A stretch of DNA of 40,599 nucleotides from a virus. Taxonomy: Duplodnaviria; Heunggongvirae; Uroviricota; Caudoviricetes. The first letter of the stretch is position 1; every line of letters begins with the position of its first letter. The notes beneath the pieces are model-generated. The model was given only the letters and a program-made list of their open reading frames with translations. It did no database searches and had not been told where the DNA came from. The DNA is taken from positions 1 to 40,599 of IMG/VR virus record IMGVR_UViG_2537562012_000007; one strand, 5' to 3'. Positions 27,025 to 36,757 of the stretch are shown piece after piece. A program made the position numbers and the translations under genes.

Positions 27025-28053
27025 ATGGGGTTATTTACCACGCGTCAGTTGCTCGGCTACACCGAGCAGAAAGTGAAATTCCGTGCGCTGTTTCTGGAGC
27101 TGTTTTTTCGTCGTACGGTCACTTTCCATACTCAGGAAGTGATGCTGGATAAAATCACCGGAAAAACACCGGTTGCGGCATATGTGTCTCCGGTTGTGTC
27201 AGGTAAGGTACTGCGCAGTCGTGGTGGTGAAACCCGCGTGTTACGCCCCGGCTATGTTAAACCAAAACACCGGCTGGATTATCAGCAGGCGGTGGAGCGT
27301 CTTCCGGGGGAAGATCCGGCCCGTCTTAATGACCCGGCCTACCGTCGCCTGCGTATTCTGACGGACAACCTGAAACAGGAAGAGCAGGCGATTGTGCAGG
27401 TGGAAGAAATGCAGGCGGTCAGCGCTGTTCTGCAGGGTAAGTACACCATGAGCGGTGAACAGTTTGAGACGGTGGAAGTGGATTTTGGTCGTTCTGCCGC
27501 CAATAACATTACGCAGGCAGGGGGACGCGAATGGTCAAAACAGAATGCTGACACCTTTGATCCGACGCATGATCTGGATGCGTACTGCGATTTTGCTTCC
27601 GGTACCATCAATATTGCGATTATGGACGGTACTGTCTGGCGTATGCTGAACGGTTTTAAGCTGTTTCGTGAAAAACTGGATACCCGCCGTGGCTCAAAAT
27701 CTGAACTGGAAACCGCGCTGAAAGATCTGGGTTCCGTGGTTTCTTTTAAAGGTTATTACGGTGATCTGGCCATCATGGTGGCGAAAACAACGTATGTTGA
27801 TGAAAACGGGGATGAGCAGCGTTATCTGCCGGAAGGCACACTGATTCTTGGAAACACTCAGGTGGAGGGTGTCCGTTGTTATGGCGCAATCCAGGATAAC
27901 CAGGCGCTGAGTGAAGGGATCACCTCTGCAATTCGTTATCCGAAACACTGGTTAGAGGTGGGGGACCCGGGGTGCGAATATACCATGACGCAGTCTGCGC
28001 CGTTGATGGTGTTGCCGGATCCGGACGCGTTTGTGGTAGTTCAGGTGAAATAA
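27025..28053 (+). CDS. Major capsid protein (gpE)
   Basis: Aligns with lambda E throughout (YVSPVVSGKVLRSRGG, VEEMQAVSAVLQGKYTMSGE, SAPLMVLPDPDAFVVVQV). Confidence 0.9.
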   Translation: MGLFTTRQLLGYTEQKVKFRALFLELFFRRTVTFHTQEVMLDKITGKTPVAAYVSPVVSGKVLRSRGGETRVLRPGYVKPKHRLDYQQAVERLPGEDPARLNDPAYRRLRILTDNLKQEEQAIVQVEEMQAVSAVLQGKYTMSGEQFETVEVDFGRSAANNITQAGGREWSKQNADTFDPTHDLDAYCDFASGTINIAIMDGTVWRMLNGFKLFREKLDTRRGSKSELETALKDLGSVVSFKGYYGDLAIMVAKTTYVDENGDEQRYLPEGTLILGNTQVEGVRCYGAIQDNQALSEGITSAIRYPKHWLEVGDPGCEYTMTQSAPLMVLPDPDAFVVVQVK

Positions 28054-28057
28054 GGTC

Positions 28058-28083
28058 AGGCGGGATATTCCCGCCTTTTTCTT
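28058..28083 (+). terminator. Rho-independent terminator (partial) after the capsid gene
   Basis: GGCGGG-ATATT-CCCGCC followed by TTTTTCT. Confidence 0.55.
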
Positions 28084-28103
28084 TATCGCACAGGAGAGAT
28101 GTG

Positions 28104-28484
28104 ATGACAAAAGAAGAAATAACAGCGCGTCTTCAGGAGCTGGCGGCAGTACTCGGGCGCGATGCCGATATTTCAGGCTCTAAAGCTGATCTTGAACAAC
28201 GTCTGGCGGAGTGGGAAGAAGAATTAAGTGATGGTTCAGACGGCCTGTATAAGGATGATGAAGAACCACAACAAAAAAACGAAACAGGATCCGAACGTGG
28301 GGAGAGTGAGAACCGAAATTCTGTGGATATGGTCATGGTCAAAGCTGTGGTGATGTTACATGTCAATGCACTCCACGCCACACGGGATAACCCCGTGGCA
28401 TTTGTACGTCCGGGAGAAGTGTTTCGTGTATCTGCTGTGGTGGCAGCCAGCATGGCAGAAAGTGGCCTCGTGAAAATGTGTTGA
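28104..28484 (+). CDS. DNA packaging protein FI
   Basis: MTKEEITARLQELA ... LHATRDNPVAFVRPGEVFRVSAVVAASMAESGL matches lambda FI. Confidence 0.85.
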   Translation: MTKEEITARLQELAAVLGRDADISGSKADLEQRLAEWEEELSDGSDGLYKDDEEPQQKNETGSERGESENRNSVDMVMVKAVVMLHVNALHATRDNPVAFVRPGEVFRVSAVVAASMAESGLVKMC

Positions 28485-28497
28485 ATGTGGGGGAAAG

Positions 28498-28872
28498 GTG
28501 GCAGATTTCGATAATCCGTTTGATGCCGCCGTCGCCATGGCTGACGAGGTCATTCTTTGTCATATGGGGATTACGGCGGTAATTACGTCCGGTCAGCTTG
28601 AAGGAAAAACACTCAGGGGTGTTTTTGATGATCCTGAAAAAATTTCGTTCGTTGCCGGAGGAGTACGGTTTGAAGATTCTTCACCGTCTTTGTTTGTGAA
28701 AACAGCAGATATTACGGGACTGCGCCGTCTGGATACGCTGGAGGTTGGTGGGGATCTTTTTCGGGTGGATCGCATTACTCCGGACGACGGGGGATGCTGT
28801 TATATCCGCCTGCAACGGTGTGACAGTTCCCGGGGTGATATCAGTACGGGGCGATATTATGAAAGGTCTTGA
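28498..28872 (+). CDS. Head completion protein FII
   Basis: (M)ADFDNPFDAAVAMADEVI ... RGVFDDPE ... SPSLFV ... SPDDGG matches lambda FII; GTG start. Confidence 0.85.
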   Translation: MADFDNPFDAAVAMADEVILCHMGITAVITSGQLEGKTLRGVFDDPEKISFVAGGVRFEDSSPSLFVKTADITGLRRLDTLEVGGDLFRVDRITPDDGGCCYIRLQRCDSSRGDISTGRYYERS

Positions 28873-29449
28873 AAACGCCATCCGTAATCTGGACATCCTT
28901 GATACCCGTATGGTGCCACAGGCCAGCGCCTGGGCAATAAATCGTGTGGCACAGAAAGCCATTTCTCAGGCTACCCGACAGGTTGCCCGCGATACCGTAG
29001 CCGGTGATAACCAGGTGAAGGGGATCCCCCTGAAACTGGTCAGGGGGCGCGTCAGGATGCTGAGTGCCAGCCCTTCCGGAAAAATGTATGCCAGGATCCG
29101 CATTAACCGTGGCAACCTTCCCGCCATCAAACTGAACACAACGCGACGGCGTGCCGGTGACGGGCTGAGGGTGGGGAAATATTTTTTCCGTGGCGCGTTT
29201 ATCCGGCAACTGGCGAATGGTCGCTGGCATGTTCTGAGACGTCTTCCTGAAGCGCGTTTCGCAACAGGGCGCGACCATCAGGGCAGACCGAAAAAAAATC
29301 GTCTACCTGTGGAGGTTGTGAAAATCCCGCTGGCCGGAGCGCTGACACAGGCATTTGAGGATGCCCGTAAAAGCGTCATTGATAACGAGATGCCGAAACA
29401 GCTGGGGTATGCCCTGAAACACCAACTGAGGTTATATCTGACCCGATGA
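28859..29449 (+). CDS. Tail completion protein Z
   Basis: MKGLENAIRNLDILDTRMVPQASAWAINRVAQKAISQAT matches lambda Z; overlaps the FII 3' end. Confidence 0.85.
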   Translation: MKGLENAIRNLDILDTRMVPQASAWAINRVAQKAISQATRQVARDTVAGDNQVKGIPLKLVRGRVRMLSASPSGKMYARIRINRGNLPAIKLNTTRRRAGDGLRVGKYFFRGAFIRQLANGRWHVLRRLPEARFATGRDHQGRPKKNRLPVEVVKIPLAGALTQAFEDARKSVIDNEMPKQLGYALKHQLRLYLTR

Positions 29450-29847
29450 ACCGACACACACAAATTCGTCAGGCCGTACTTTCGCGCCTGAAAACGACGT
29501 GCGGGGAGAAGACCGTCCTGTTTGACGGCCTTCCTGCCTTTATTGATGCGCAGGAGCTGCCTGCCGTGGCGGTGTGGCTGAGTGATGCACAGTACACCGG
29601 AAAAATGACGGATGAGGATGACTGGCTGGCAGTTCTGCATGTCGCCGTCTTTATCCGTGCACAGGCACCGGATTCTGATCTGGATACGTGGATGGACAAC
29701 ATTATTTACCCGGCACTGGAGGATATTCCGGCGCTTTACGGCCTTATCGATACCATGATCCCACGGGGATTTAACTATCAGCGTGATAACGATATGGCAA
29801 CATGGGCGATGGCGGAAATCACGTATCAAATCACATATACAAATTAA
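29446..29847 (+). CDS. Tail terminator protein U
   Basis: Aligns with lambda U (FDGLPAFIDAQELPAVAVWL, YGLIDTMIPRGFNYQRDNDMATWA). Confidence 0.9.
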   Translation: MNRHTQIRQAVLSRLKTTCGEKTVLFDGLPAFIDAQELPAVAVWLSDAQYTGKMTDEDDWLAVLHVAVFIRAQAPDSDLDTWMDNIIYPALEDIPALYGLIDTMIPRGFNYQRDNDMATWAMAEITYQITYTN

Positions 29848-29857
29848 GGGGTGGGAA

Positions 29858-30598
29858 ATGACGACACCGAATCCACTTGAAAAAATGAAAGGGGCGGGGA
29901 CGACGTTCTGGATGTATACCGGCAAGGGCGACGCATTTGCGAATCCTTTGTCAGATACGGACTGGCTGCGCCTCGCGATGGTGAAGGATCTGCAGCCGGG
30001 GGAAATGACTGCAGATGCGGAAGATGACGATTATCTCGATGATGAAAATGCTGACTGGAAAACGACAACTCAGGGGCAAAAATCTGTTGGTGATACATCC
30101 GCGACGCTGGCCTGGCGTCCGGGTGACAGCGGACAGAAAAAACTGATTCAGTTGTTTGATTCCGGTGAAGTTCGTGCATTCCGCATTAAATACCCTAACG
30201 GTACCGTTGATGTGTTCCGCGGCTGGCTGAGTTCGCTGGGTAAAACCATTACGTCAAAAGATGTGATGACCCGTACGGTTAAAATCAGCGGTGTGGGGCG
30301 TCCGTATCTGGCTGAGGAGGGGACTGAAATTGTGGGGGTGACCGGGCTGACAGTAATGCCGGTTTCCGCCAGTGTCAGAGTGGGGGCAACGACGACGCTG
30401 ACATTCAGCACAGTACCGGAAGATGCTTCTGATAAAACGGTGAGTGTGGCGTCATCATCTCCTGATATCGCCACGGTTACGCTGAGTGGCATGGTGGCCA
30501 CGGTGAAAGGTGTGAAAGCGGGCAGCACCTCGATTGTGGGGATGACTGCGGGTGGTGCGCAGGTTGCTGTGGCCGGTATTACCGTTAATGGTGATTAA
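29858..30598 (+). CDS. Major tail protein V with C-terminal Ig-like domain
   Basis: MKGAGTTFWMYTGKGDAFANPLSD ... FRGWLSSLGKT matches lambda V; the C-terminus is Big2-like. Confidence 0.9.
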   Translation: MTTPNPLEKMKGAGTTFWMYTGKGDAFANPLSDTDWLRLAMVKDLQPGEMTADAEDDDYLDDENADWKTTTQGQKSVGDTSATLAWRPGDSGQKKLIQLFDSGEVRAFRIKYPNGTVDVFRGWLSSLGKTITSKDVMTRTVKISGVGRPYLAEEGTEIVGVTGLTVMPVSASVRVGATTTLTFSTVPEDASDKTVSVASSSPDIATVTLSGMVATVKGVKAGSTSIVGMTAGGAQVAVAGITVNGD

Positions 30599-30616
30599 CC
30601 TGGCAGTCTGTTTTTT

Positions 30617-30640
30617 ACCCCGGTATGCCGGGGTTTTTTG
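30617..30640 (+). terminator. Rho-independent terminator after V
   Basis: CCCCGG-TATG-CCGGGG followed by TTTTTTG. Confidence 0.65.
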
Positions 30641-30654
30641 TTTACGGAGGGGAC

Positions 30655-31044
30655 ATGTTTCTGAAACAGGACACATTTAACTACGGTAATCAGTCTGTGG
30701 TACTGACGGAATTATCCGGACTTCAGCGGGTGGAGTATCTGGCGTTTGTCCAGAAACGGACAGCTGAGTTTGACGCCCTGGATGATGCCATGCCAGTGGC
30801 GGATCGTCAGATTGAATTTCTGCGTATGGGGATGGATATCAATGCCTGGCTGGTTTCCCGGTCAATGTGGAATACGGACCCGTCACAGGATGTGGATGCG
30901 CTGAATGAGGATGTAAAAAACACCTGGTCTTATGACGCGCTTGGCGACGGGGGCAGTCTGGTTTTATCCCTGAGTGGTATGCCGGTCTCCACCGGTGATG
31001 TTCAGAACGGTGAACAGGTTCCCCTGACACCGGAAAAGTCCTGA
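30655..31044 (+). CDS. Tail assembly chaperone G
   Basis: MFLKQDTFNYGNQSVVLTELSGLQRVEYLAF resembles lambda G; GGAGGGG RBS. Confidence 0.85.
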   Translation: MFLKQDTFNYGNQSVVLTELSGLQRVEYLAFVQKRTAEFDALDDAMPVADRQIEFLRMGMDINAWLVSRSMWNTDPSQDVDALNEDVKNTWSYDALGDGGSLVLSLSGMPVSTGDVQNGEQVPLTPEKS

Positions 31045-31367
31045 CGCGGGAGATGCAGTTTGTGATGCAGCTTGCCCGTGAGTTCCGGCGGGCAGACTGG
31101 CGGCGGATGTTATCAGAAATGTCAGCGTCAGAACTGGGCGAATGGGGGGATTTCTTCCGGAAGCAGAGTTTCGGGGATATCTGGCTGGATGCACAGATTT
31201 CCACACTGAAGTCGCTGATGGTTCAGATGGTGTCCGGTGAACGTATTCCGGCGGATGATTTCAGTCTGGTTACGGATGACAGGGTGATCCCTGAACGCAC
31301 GGATGAAGAGCTGATGCATCTGGGGGAAGGTATATCGGGAGGAATGAGATTTGGACCAGATTGCTGA
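31014..31367 (+). CDS. T-frame portion of the G-T tail assembly fusion (made by -1 frameshift from G)
   Basis: The -1 frame is open from 31014 and overlaps the G 3' end; candidate slippery heptamer G GAA AAG at 31032-31038, at the position of lambda's G GGA AAG. Confidence 0.6.
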   Translation, partial: TGSPDTGKVLTREMQFVMQLAREFRRADWRRMLSEMSASELGEWGDFFRKQSFGDIWLDAQISTLKSLMVQMVSGERIPADDFSLVTDDRVIPERTDEELMHLGEGISGGMRFGPDC

Positions 31368-34300
31368 CCTTGTCATTGATTTAAGCATTGATACCGCCGA
31401 TTTTAAAGAGCAGCTTCCGCGTGTAAAAAATCTGCTGAATGGTACAGCAAGGGAGGCGGAGCGGGCCGAAGCCCGTATGAAACGGTTTGAGGAAAGTCAG
31501 AAACAGGCTGCCAGCGCGACGGTGATACAGACTCAGGCCGTGGTGAAGCATGCGCAGGGGCATGTTTCGCTGGCGGAAGATGTGGAAAGGGCGCGCCTGC
31601 GGATGGAGGCCCTGAGTCGTCAGATGCGGGAGGAGCAGGTTCAGGCGGCTGCGCTGGCTGCGGCGCAGGATAAGATGGCAGCCGCATTTTATCGTCAGAT
31701 CGACAGCGTAAAACAGGCCAGTGCGGGGCTGCAGGAGTTACAGCGTATTCAGCAGCAGATCCGACAGGCCAGAAACAGTGGCGGGATTGCTCAGCAGGAT
31801 TATCTGGCCCTGATTTCTGAGGTGACAGCGAAAACCCGCGTTCTGACACAGGCAGAGGAAACGGCCACCCGCCAGAAAACCGCATTTATTCGTCAGCTGA
31901 AAGAACAGACAAGTCGCCAGAAAATGACCACGACGGAACTGCTTCGGGCAAAGGCGGCACAACTTGGGTGCAGCAGTGCCGCGGAGGTGTACATCCGTAA
32001 AATGGAGAAAGCTGGAAACACCACACATTCGCTGGAACTGAAAAGTGCGGCAGCCCGTCGGGAGCTGGGGGTCATGATTGGTGAACTGGCGCGTGGTAAT
32101 TTCGGTGCGCTTCGTGGCTCCGGGATCACCCTGGCTAACCGTGCCGGCTGGATTGATAAATTAATGACTCCGAAAGGCCTGGCGGTGGGGGGAGTTATCG
32201 GAGGGATCACTGCTGCGGTTATTGGTCTGGGTAAAGCCTGGATGGAGGGGCGGGAAGAAGGCGAAGCCTTTAACCGGCAGCTTGAGCTCACCGGACACTA
32301 TGCCGGTGTGACAGCCGGGCAGTTGTGGGCGCTCAGTAAAAATCTTTCCGGTAATGGCATCACGCAACATGCCATGGCGGGGTCACTGGCGCAGGTAGTG
32401 GGGAGCGGTGCATTTCACGGTAACGATATTGGTATGGTGGCGAAAGCTGCCGCACAGATGGAACGCTCGGTAGGGCAGTCTGTCAGTGACACCATCAGTC
32501 AGTTTAAACGGCTGAAGGATGATCCGGTCAGTGCTGCGAAGGCGCTGGATGATGAACTGCATTTTCTGACAGCCACCCAGCTTGAACAGATCCGTGTGCT
32601 CGGAGAGCAGGGGCGCACCAGTGACGCCGCCCGGATAGCCATGTCTGCACTGGCAGAGGAAACCGGTAAACGTACGTCGGATATTGATAATAACCTCAAT
32701 GCGCTGGGCAGTACGCTGCAAACCTTGTCTGACTGGTGGAAGCAGTTCTGGGATGCGGCCATGAACATTGGTCGGGAAGATTCCCTTGATGCGCAGATTG
32801 CGTCGCTGCAGGAAAAAATTCAGCGGGCGAAGAAATTTCCGTGGACTAAGGTGTCCACCACGGGGGAATACGATCAGCAACAACTGGATGCGCTGCAAGA
32901 GCGAAAACGCCAGCAGGATTTGCAGGATGCAAAAGAGCAGGCTGAGCGAAATTATCAGGAGCAGCAGAAACGCCGGAATGCTGAAAATGCCGCGCTGAAC
33001 CGGATGAACGAAACGGAAGCAGCACGACATCAGCGTGAAATTGCGCGTATTAATGCCATGCAGTACGCCGATCAGGCGGTCAGGGACGCAGCGATACAGC
33101 GTGAAAATGAACGTTACGAAAAAGCCATTAAGAAAAAAACGCCTGCCACCCGTAATGATGAGGCCACCCGGTTATTGCTGCAGTACAGTCAGCTACAGGC
33201 ACAGGTGGAAGGACAGATTGCTGCTGCCAGACAGTCAGCAGGCATTGCCACGGAAAGGATGACAGAAGCGCATAAACAGCTTCTGGCTCTGCAGCAGCGC
33301 ATCAGCGACCTGGACGGGAAAAAACTGACGGCAGATGAAAAGAGTGTGCTGGATCACAAGGATGAGCTGATTCAGGCACTGACGCTGCTGGATGCAAAAC
33401 AGCAGGAGCTGCAGAAGCAGACGGCGCTGAATGATTTGAAGAAAAAATCCATTCAGCTTTCCAGCCAGCTGGCGGAAGAGGAGCGGGCTCTGCGTCAGCA
33501 ACATGACCTGGATATCGCCACGACAGGGATGGGGGATAAACAGCGTCAGCGATACCAGGCACAGTTCAGTCTGCAACAAAAATATCAGCAGCAGCGGGAA
33601 CAGCTGGAGCGTGACAGTAAGCAGAAAGGAACATATGGCACAGATGAATACCAGAATGCTGAGCAGATGCTGACAGACAGTCTTAACCGGCAACTGAACG
33701 AAAACAGACGTTACTGGCAGGAGCAGGAACTGATGCAGGCAGACTGGAAAAACGGTGCCATGCGGGCGTTTCAGAATTTTACAGAGAGTGCGGATAACGC
33801 GGCAGGTACCGCTGAGCAGATGTTTACAGCGGCATTTAACAGCGCAGGTAATGCACTGGCGACGTTCTGTACCACCGGAAAACTGAACTTCAAATCTTTT
33901 ACCGCCTCGCTCCTTTCTGATCTGGCAAAAATCATGTCGCAGATGGCCATGATGCAGGCAGTTAAGGGGATTGGTTCGGCGTTTGGCTGGGGGAGTGCAG
34001 CAACTGCCAGTGTGACGCCCAATGCTGATGGTGGTGTTTATCAGTCTGCTGATTTGAGTCGCTACAGTGGCACGGTGGTTAACCGTCCGACGTTTTTTGC
34101 TTTTGCAAAAGGCGCGGGTGTGATGGGAGAAGCGGGGCCTGAAGCCATTCTGCCATTGCGTCGTGGTGCTGATGGCAAGCTGGGTGTTGTGGCGGATATT
34201 GGTGGTTCAGGTATGGTGATGTTTGCCCCGCAGTACAACATCGAGATCAATAACGATGGTACGAACGGGCAGATAGGTCCGGCTGCCCTGAAGGTGGTTT

Positions 34301-34383
34301 ATGACCTCGGGAAAAAAGCAGCAGCGGACTTTATGCAACAGCAGTCCCGTGATGGTGGTCAGTTAAGCGGAGCATATCGGTAA
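31351..34383 (+). CDS. Tail tape measure protein H
   Basis: 1010 aa; N-terminus DLVIDLSIDTADF and C-terminus INNDGTNGQIGPAALKVVYD match lambda H; TTG start with GGAGG 9 nt upstream. Confidence 0.9.
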   Translation: MDQIADLVIDLSIDTADFKEQLPRVKNLLNGTAREAERAEARMKRFEESQKQAASATVIQTQAVVKHAQGHVSLAEDVERARLRMEALSRQMREEQVQAAALAAAQDKMAAAFYRQIDSVKQASAGLQELQRIQQQIRQARNSGGIAQQDYLALISEVTAKTRVLTQAEETATRQKTAFIRQLKEQTSRQKMTTTELLRAKAAQLGCSSAAEVYIRKMEKAGNTTHSLELKSAAARRELGVMIGELARGNFGALRGSGITLANRAGWIDKLMTPKGLAVGGVIGGITAAVIGLGKAWMEGREEGEAFNRQLELTGHYAGVTAGQLWALSKNLSGNGITQHAMAGSLAQVVGSGAFHGNDIGMVAKAAAQMERSVGQSVSDTISQFKRLKDDPVSAAKALDDELHFLTATQLEQIRVLGEQGRTSDAARIAMSALAEETGKRTSDIDNNLNALGSTLQTLSDWWKQFWDAAMNIGREDSLDAQIASLQEKIQRAKKFPWTKVSTTGEYDQQQLDALQERKRQQDLQDAKEQAERNYQEQQKRRNAENAALNRMNETEAARHQREIARINAMQYADQAVRDAAIQRENERYEKAIKKKTPATRNDEATRLLLQYSQLQAQVEGQIAAARQSAGIATERMTEAHKQLLALQQRISDLDGKKLTADEKSVLDHKDELIQALTLLDAKQQELQKQTALNDLKKKSIQLSSQLAEEERALRQQHDLDIATTGMGDKQRQRYQAQFSLQQKYQQQREQLERDSKQKGTYGTDEYQNAEQMLTDSLNRQLNENRRYWQEQELMQADWKNGAMRAFQNFTESADNAAGTAEQMFTAAFNSAGNALATFCTTGKLNFKSFTASLLSDLAKIMSQMAMMQAVKGIGSAFGWGSAATASVTPNADGGVYQSADLSRYSGTVVNRPTFFAFAKGAGVMGEAGPEAILPLRRGADGKLGVVADIGGSGMVMFAPQYNIEINNDGTNGQIGPAALKVVYDLGKKAAADFMQQQSRDGGQLSGAYR

Positions 34384-34712
34384 TGGAAACTTTTCACTGG
34401 AAAATTCGCCCTGATATGACTGTGGCATCGGAACCGAAGGTGTTGACGGTAAAGCTGGGGGATGGCTATGAGCAGCGGCGACCGGCAGGGCTGAATAATG
34501 TATTGCCCGTTTACAGTGTGACTATCCGGATACGTAAAGGAGAACATCAGTCGCTGGAGGATTTTCTGGTGCGACATGGCGGTGTCAGAGCGTTTCAGTG
34601 GACACCACCTTATGGCTGGAAACCTGTCAGGGTGGTTTGTCGTAAATGGTCGGCAAGCGTTGGTGCGTTATGGGTAACTGTAACGGCAGATTTTGAGCAG
34701 GTGGTAAACTGA
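34383..34712 (+). CDS. Tail tip protein M
   Basis: METFHWKIRPDMTVASEPKV ... FEQVVN aligns with lambda M. Confidence 0.9.
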   Translation: METFHWKIRPDMTVASEPKVLTVKLGDGYEQRRPAGLNNVLPVYSVTIRIRKGEHQSLEDFLVRHGGVRAFQWTPPYGWKPVRVVCRKWSASVGALWVTVTADFEQVVN

Positions 34713-35410
34713 TGCAGGATATACAGCAGGAAACACAGAATGAGTGTACAAAATCGGAGCAATCCGCGCTGGTCGATCTCTGGGAAATCGATCTGACAGA
34801 GGTCGGTGGAGAACGTTATTTTTTCTGTAATGAGCAGAACGAAAAAGGTGAGCCGGTCACCTGGCAGGGGCGACAGTATCAGGCGTATCCCATTCAGGGG
34901 AGCGGTTTTGAACTGAACGGCAAGGGCAGTGCTGCCCGTCCGACACTGACGGTCTCTAACCTGTACGGTATGGTCACCGGGATGGCGGAAGATCTGCAGA
35001 GTCTGGTCGGCGGAACGGTGGTCAGGCGTAAGGTTTACGCCCGTTTTCTGGATGCGGTGAACTTCGTCAACGGAAACAGTGACGCCGATCCGGAGCAGGA
35101 GGTGAGCAGCCGCTGGCGCATTGAGCAGTGCAGCGAACTGAGCGCGGTGAGTGCCTCTTTTGTACTGTCCACGCCGACGGAAACGGACGGCGCTGTTTTT
35201 CCGGGACGTATCATGCTGGCCAACACCTGCACCTGGACTTATCGCGGCGATGAGTGCGGTTATCACGGTCCGGCGGTCGCGGATGAATATGACCAGCCAA
35301 CGTCCGATATCACGAAGGATAAATGCAGCAAATGCCTGAGCGGTTGTAAGTTCCGCAATAACGTCGGCAACTTTGGCGGCTTCCTTTCCATTAACAAACT
35401 TTCGCAGTAA
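34712..35410 (+). CDS. Tail tip protein L
   Basis: Near-identical to lambda L as recalled (MQDIQQETQNECTKSEQSALVDLWEIDLTEVGGERYFF...). Confidence 0.9.
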   Translation: MQDIQQETQNECTKSEQSALVDLWEIDLTEVGGERYFFCNEQNEKGEPVTWQGRQYQAYPIQGSGFELNGKGSAARPTLTVSNLYGMVTGMAEDLQSLVGGTVVRRKVYARFLDAVNFVNGNSDADPEQEVSSRWRIEQCSELSAVSASFVLSTPTETDGAVFPGRIMLANTCTWTYRGDECGYHGPAVADEYDQPTSDITKDKCSKCLSGCKFRNNVGNFGGFLSINKLSQ

Positions 35411-35414
35411 TCCC

Positions 35415-36158
35415 ATGACACAGACAGAATCAGCGATTCTGGCGCACGCCCGGCGATGTGCGCCAGCGGAATCGTGCGGCTTCGTGGTGAGAACGCCGGA
35501 GGGGGAAAGATATTTTCCCTGCGTGAATATTTCCGGTGAGCCGGAGGATTATTTCCGGATGGCTCCGGAGGACTGGCTGCAGGCAAAGATGCAGGGTGAG
35601 ATTGTGGCGCTGGTCCACAGTCATCCCGGTGGTCTGCCCTGGCTGAGTGAGGCCGACCGGCGGCTGCAGGTACAGAGTGATTTGCCGTGGTGGCTGGTCT
35701 GCCGGGGTGAGATTCATAAATTCCGATGTGTGCCGCATCTCACCGGGCGGCGCTTTGAGCACGGGGTGACGGACTGTTACACGCTGTTCCGGGATGCTTA
35801 TCATCTGGCGGGAATTGAGATGCCGGATTTTCATCGCGGGGATGACTGGTGGCGTCACGGCCAGAATCTCTATCTGGATAATCTGGAGGCCACAGGGCTG
35901 TATCAGGTGCCGTTGTCCTCAGCACAACCGGGCGATGTGCTGCTGTGCTGTTTTGGTTCATCGGTGCCGAATCACGCCGCAATTTACTGCGGCGACGGCG
36001 AGCTGCTGCACCATATTCCTGAACAACTGAGCAAACGAGAGAGGTACACCGACAAATGGCAACGACGCACACACTCCCTCTGGCGTCACCGGGCATGGCG
36101 CGCATCTGCCTTTACGGGGATTTACAACGATTTGGTCGCCGCATCGACCTTCGTGTGA
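35415..36158 (+). CDS. Tail tip assembly protein K (MPN/JAB and NlpC/P60-like)
   Basis: MTQTESAILAHARRCAPAESCGFVV ... HSHPGG matches lambda K. Confidence 0.85.
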   Translation: MTQTESAILAHARRCAPAESCGFVVRTPEGERYFPCVNISGEPEDYFRMAPEDWLQAKMQGEIVALVHSHPGGLPWLSEADRRLQVQSDLPWWLVCRGEIHKFRCVPHLTGRRFEHGVTDCYTLFRDAYHLAGIEMPDFHRGDDWWRHGQNLYLDNLEATGLYQVPLSSAQPGDVLLCCFGSSVPNHAAIYCGDGELLHHIPEQLSKRERYTDKWQRRTHSLWRHRAWRASAFTGIYNDLVAASTFV

Positions 36159-36697
36159 AAACGGGGGCTGAAGCCATCCGGGCACTGGCCACACAGCTCC
36201 CGGCGTTTCGTCAGAAACTGAGCGACGGCTGGTATCAGGTACGGATTGCCGGGCGTGATGCAGGCGAAAATGAATTATCAGCCCGTCTTAATGAACCGCT
36301 GGCAAATGGTGCTGTGATCCATATCGTGCCGCGTCTGGCAGGAGCCAAAAGTGGCGGTGTGTTTCAGGCTGTGCTGGGGGCGGCTGTTATGGCGGTTGCT
36401 ATATGGATGCCGGGGGTAGGAATTATGGCGAGTAATCTGCTGTTTTCTCTCGGTGCCAGTATGACGCTTGGCGGTGTTGCACAGATGCTGGCCCCTAAAC
36501 CCAAAACCCCCCGCACACAGACAACGGATAACGGCAAACAGAACACCTATTTTTCTTCACTGGATAATATGGTTGCCCAGGGCAATGTTCTGCCCGTTCT
36601 GTACGGTGAAATGCGCGTGGGATCACGTGTGGTATCTCAGGAGATCAGCACAGCAGACGAAGGGGACGGTGGTCAGGTTGTGGTGATTGGTCGCTGA
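36056..36697 (+). CDS. Tail assembly protein I
   Basis: MATTHTLPLASPGMARICLYGDLQRFGRRIDLRVKTGAEAIRALATQLPAFRQK... near-identical to lambda I as recalled. Confidence 0.85.
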   Translation: MATTHTLPLASPGMARICLYGDLQRFGRRIDLRVKTGAEAIRALATQLPAFRQKLSDGWYQVRIAGRDAGENELSARLNEPLANGAVIHIVPRLAGAKSGGVFQAVLGAAVMAVAIWMPGVGIMASNLLFSLGASMTLGGVAQMLAPKPKTPRTQTTDNGKQNTYFSSLDNMVAQGNVLPVLYGEMRVGSRVVSQEISTADEGDGGQVVVIGR

Positions 36698-36716
36698 TGA
36701 AAAACGTTTTATGTGA

Positions 36717-36740
36717 AACCGCCTCCGGGCGGTTTTGTCG
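36717..36740 (+). terminator. Stem-loop with short T-run between I and J (weak terminator or attenuator)
   Basis: ACCGCC-TCCG-GGCGGT followed by TTTG. Confidence 0.4.
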
Positions 36741-36757
36741 TTTATGGAGCATGACGA

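Noticed and set aside
32383-33030. 215-aa minus-strand ORF
   Set aside because: Antisense to the tape measure gene; shadow ORF.
34610-35416. 268-aa minus-strand ORF
   Set aside because: Antisense to the lambda-like tail genes M/L/K; shadow ORF.
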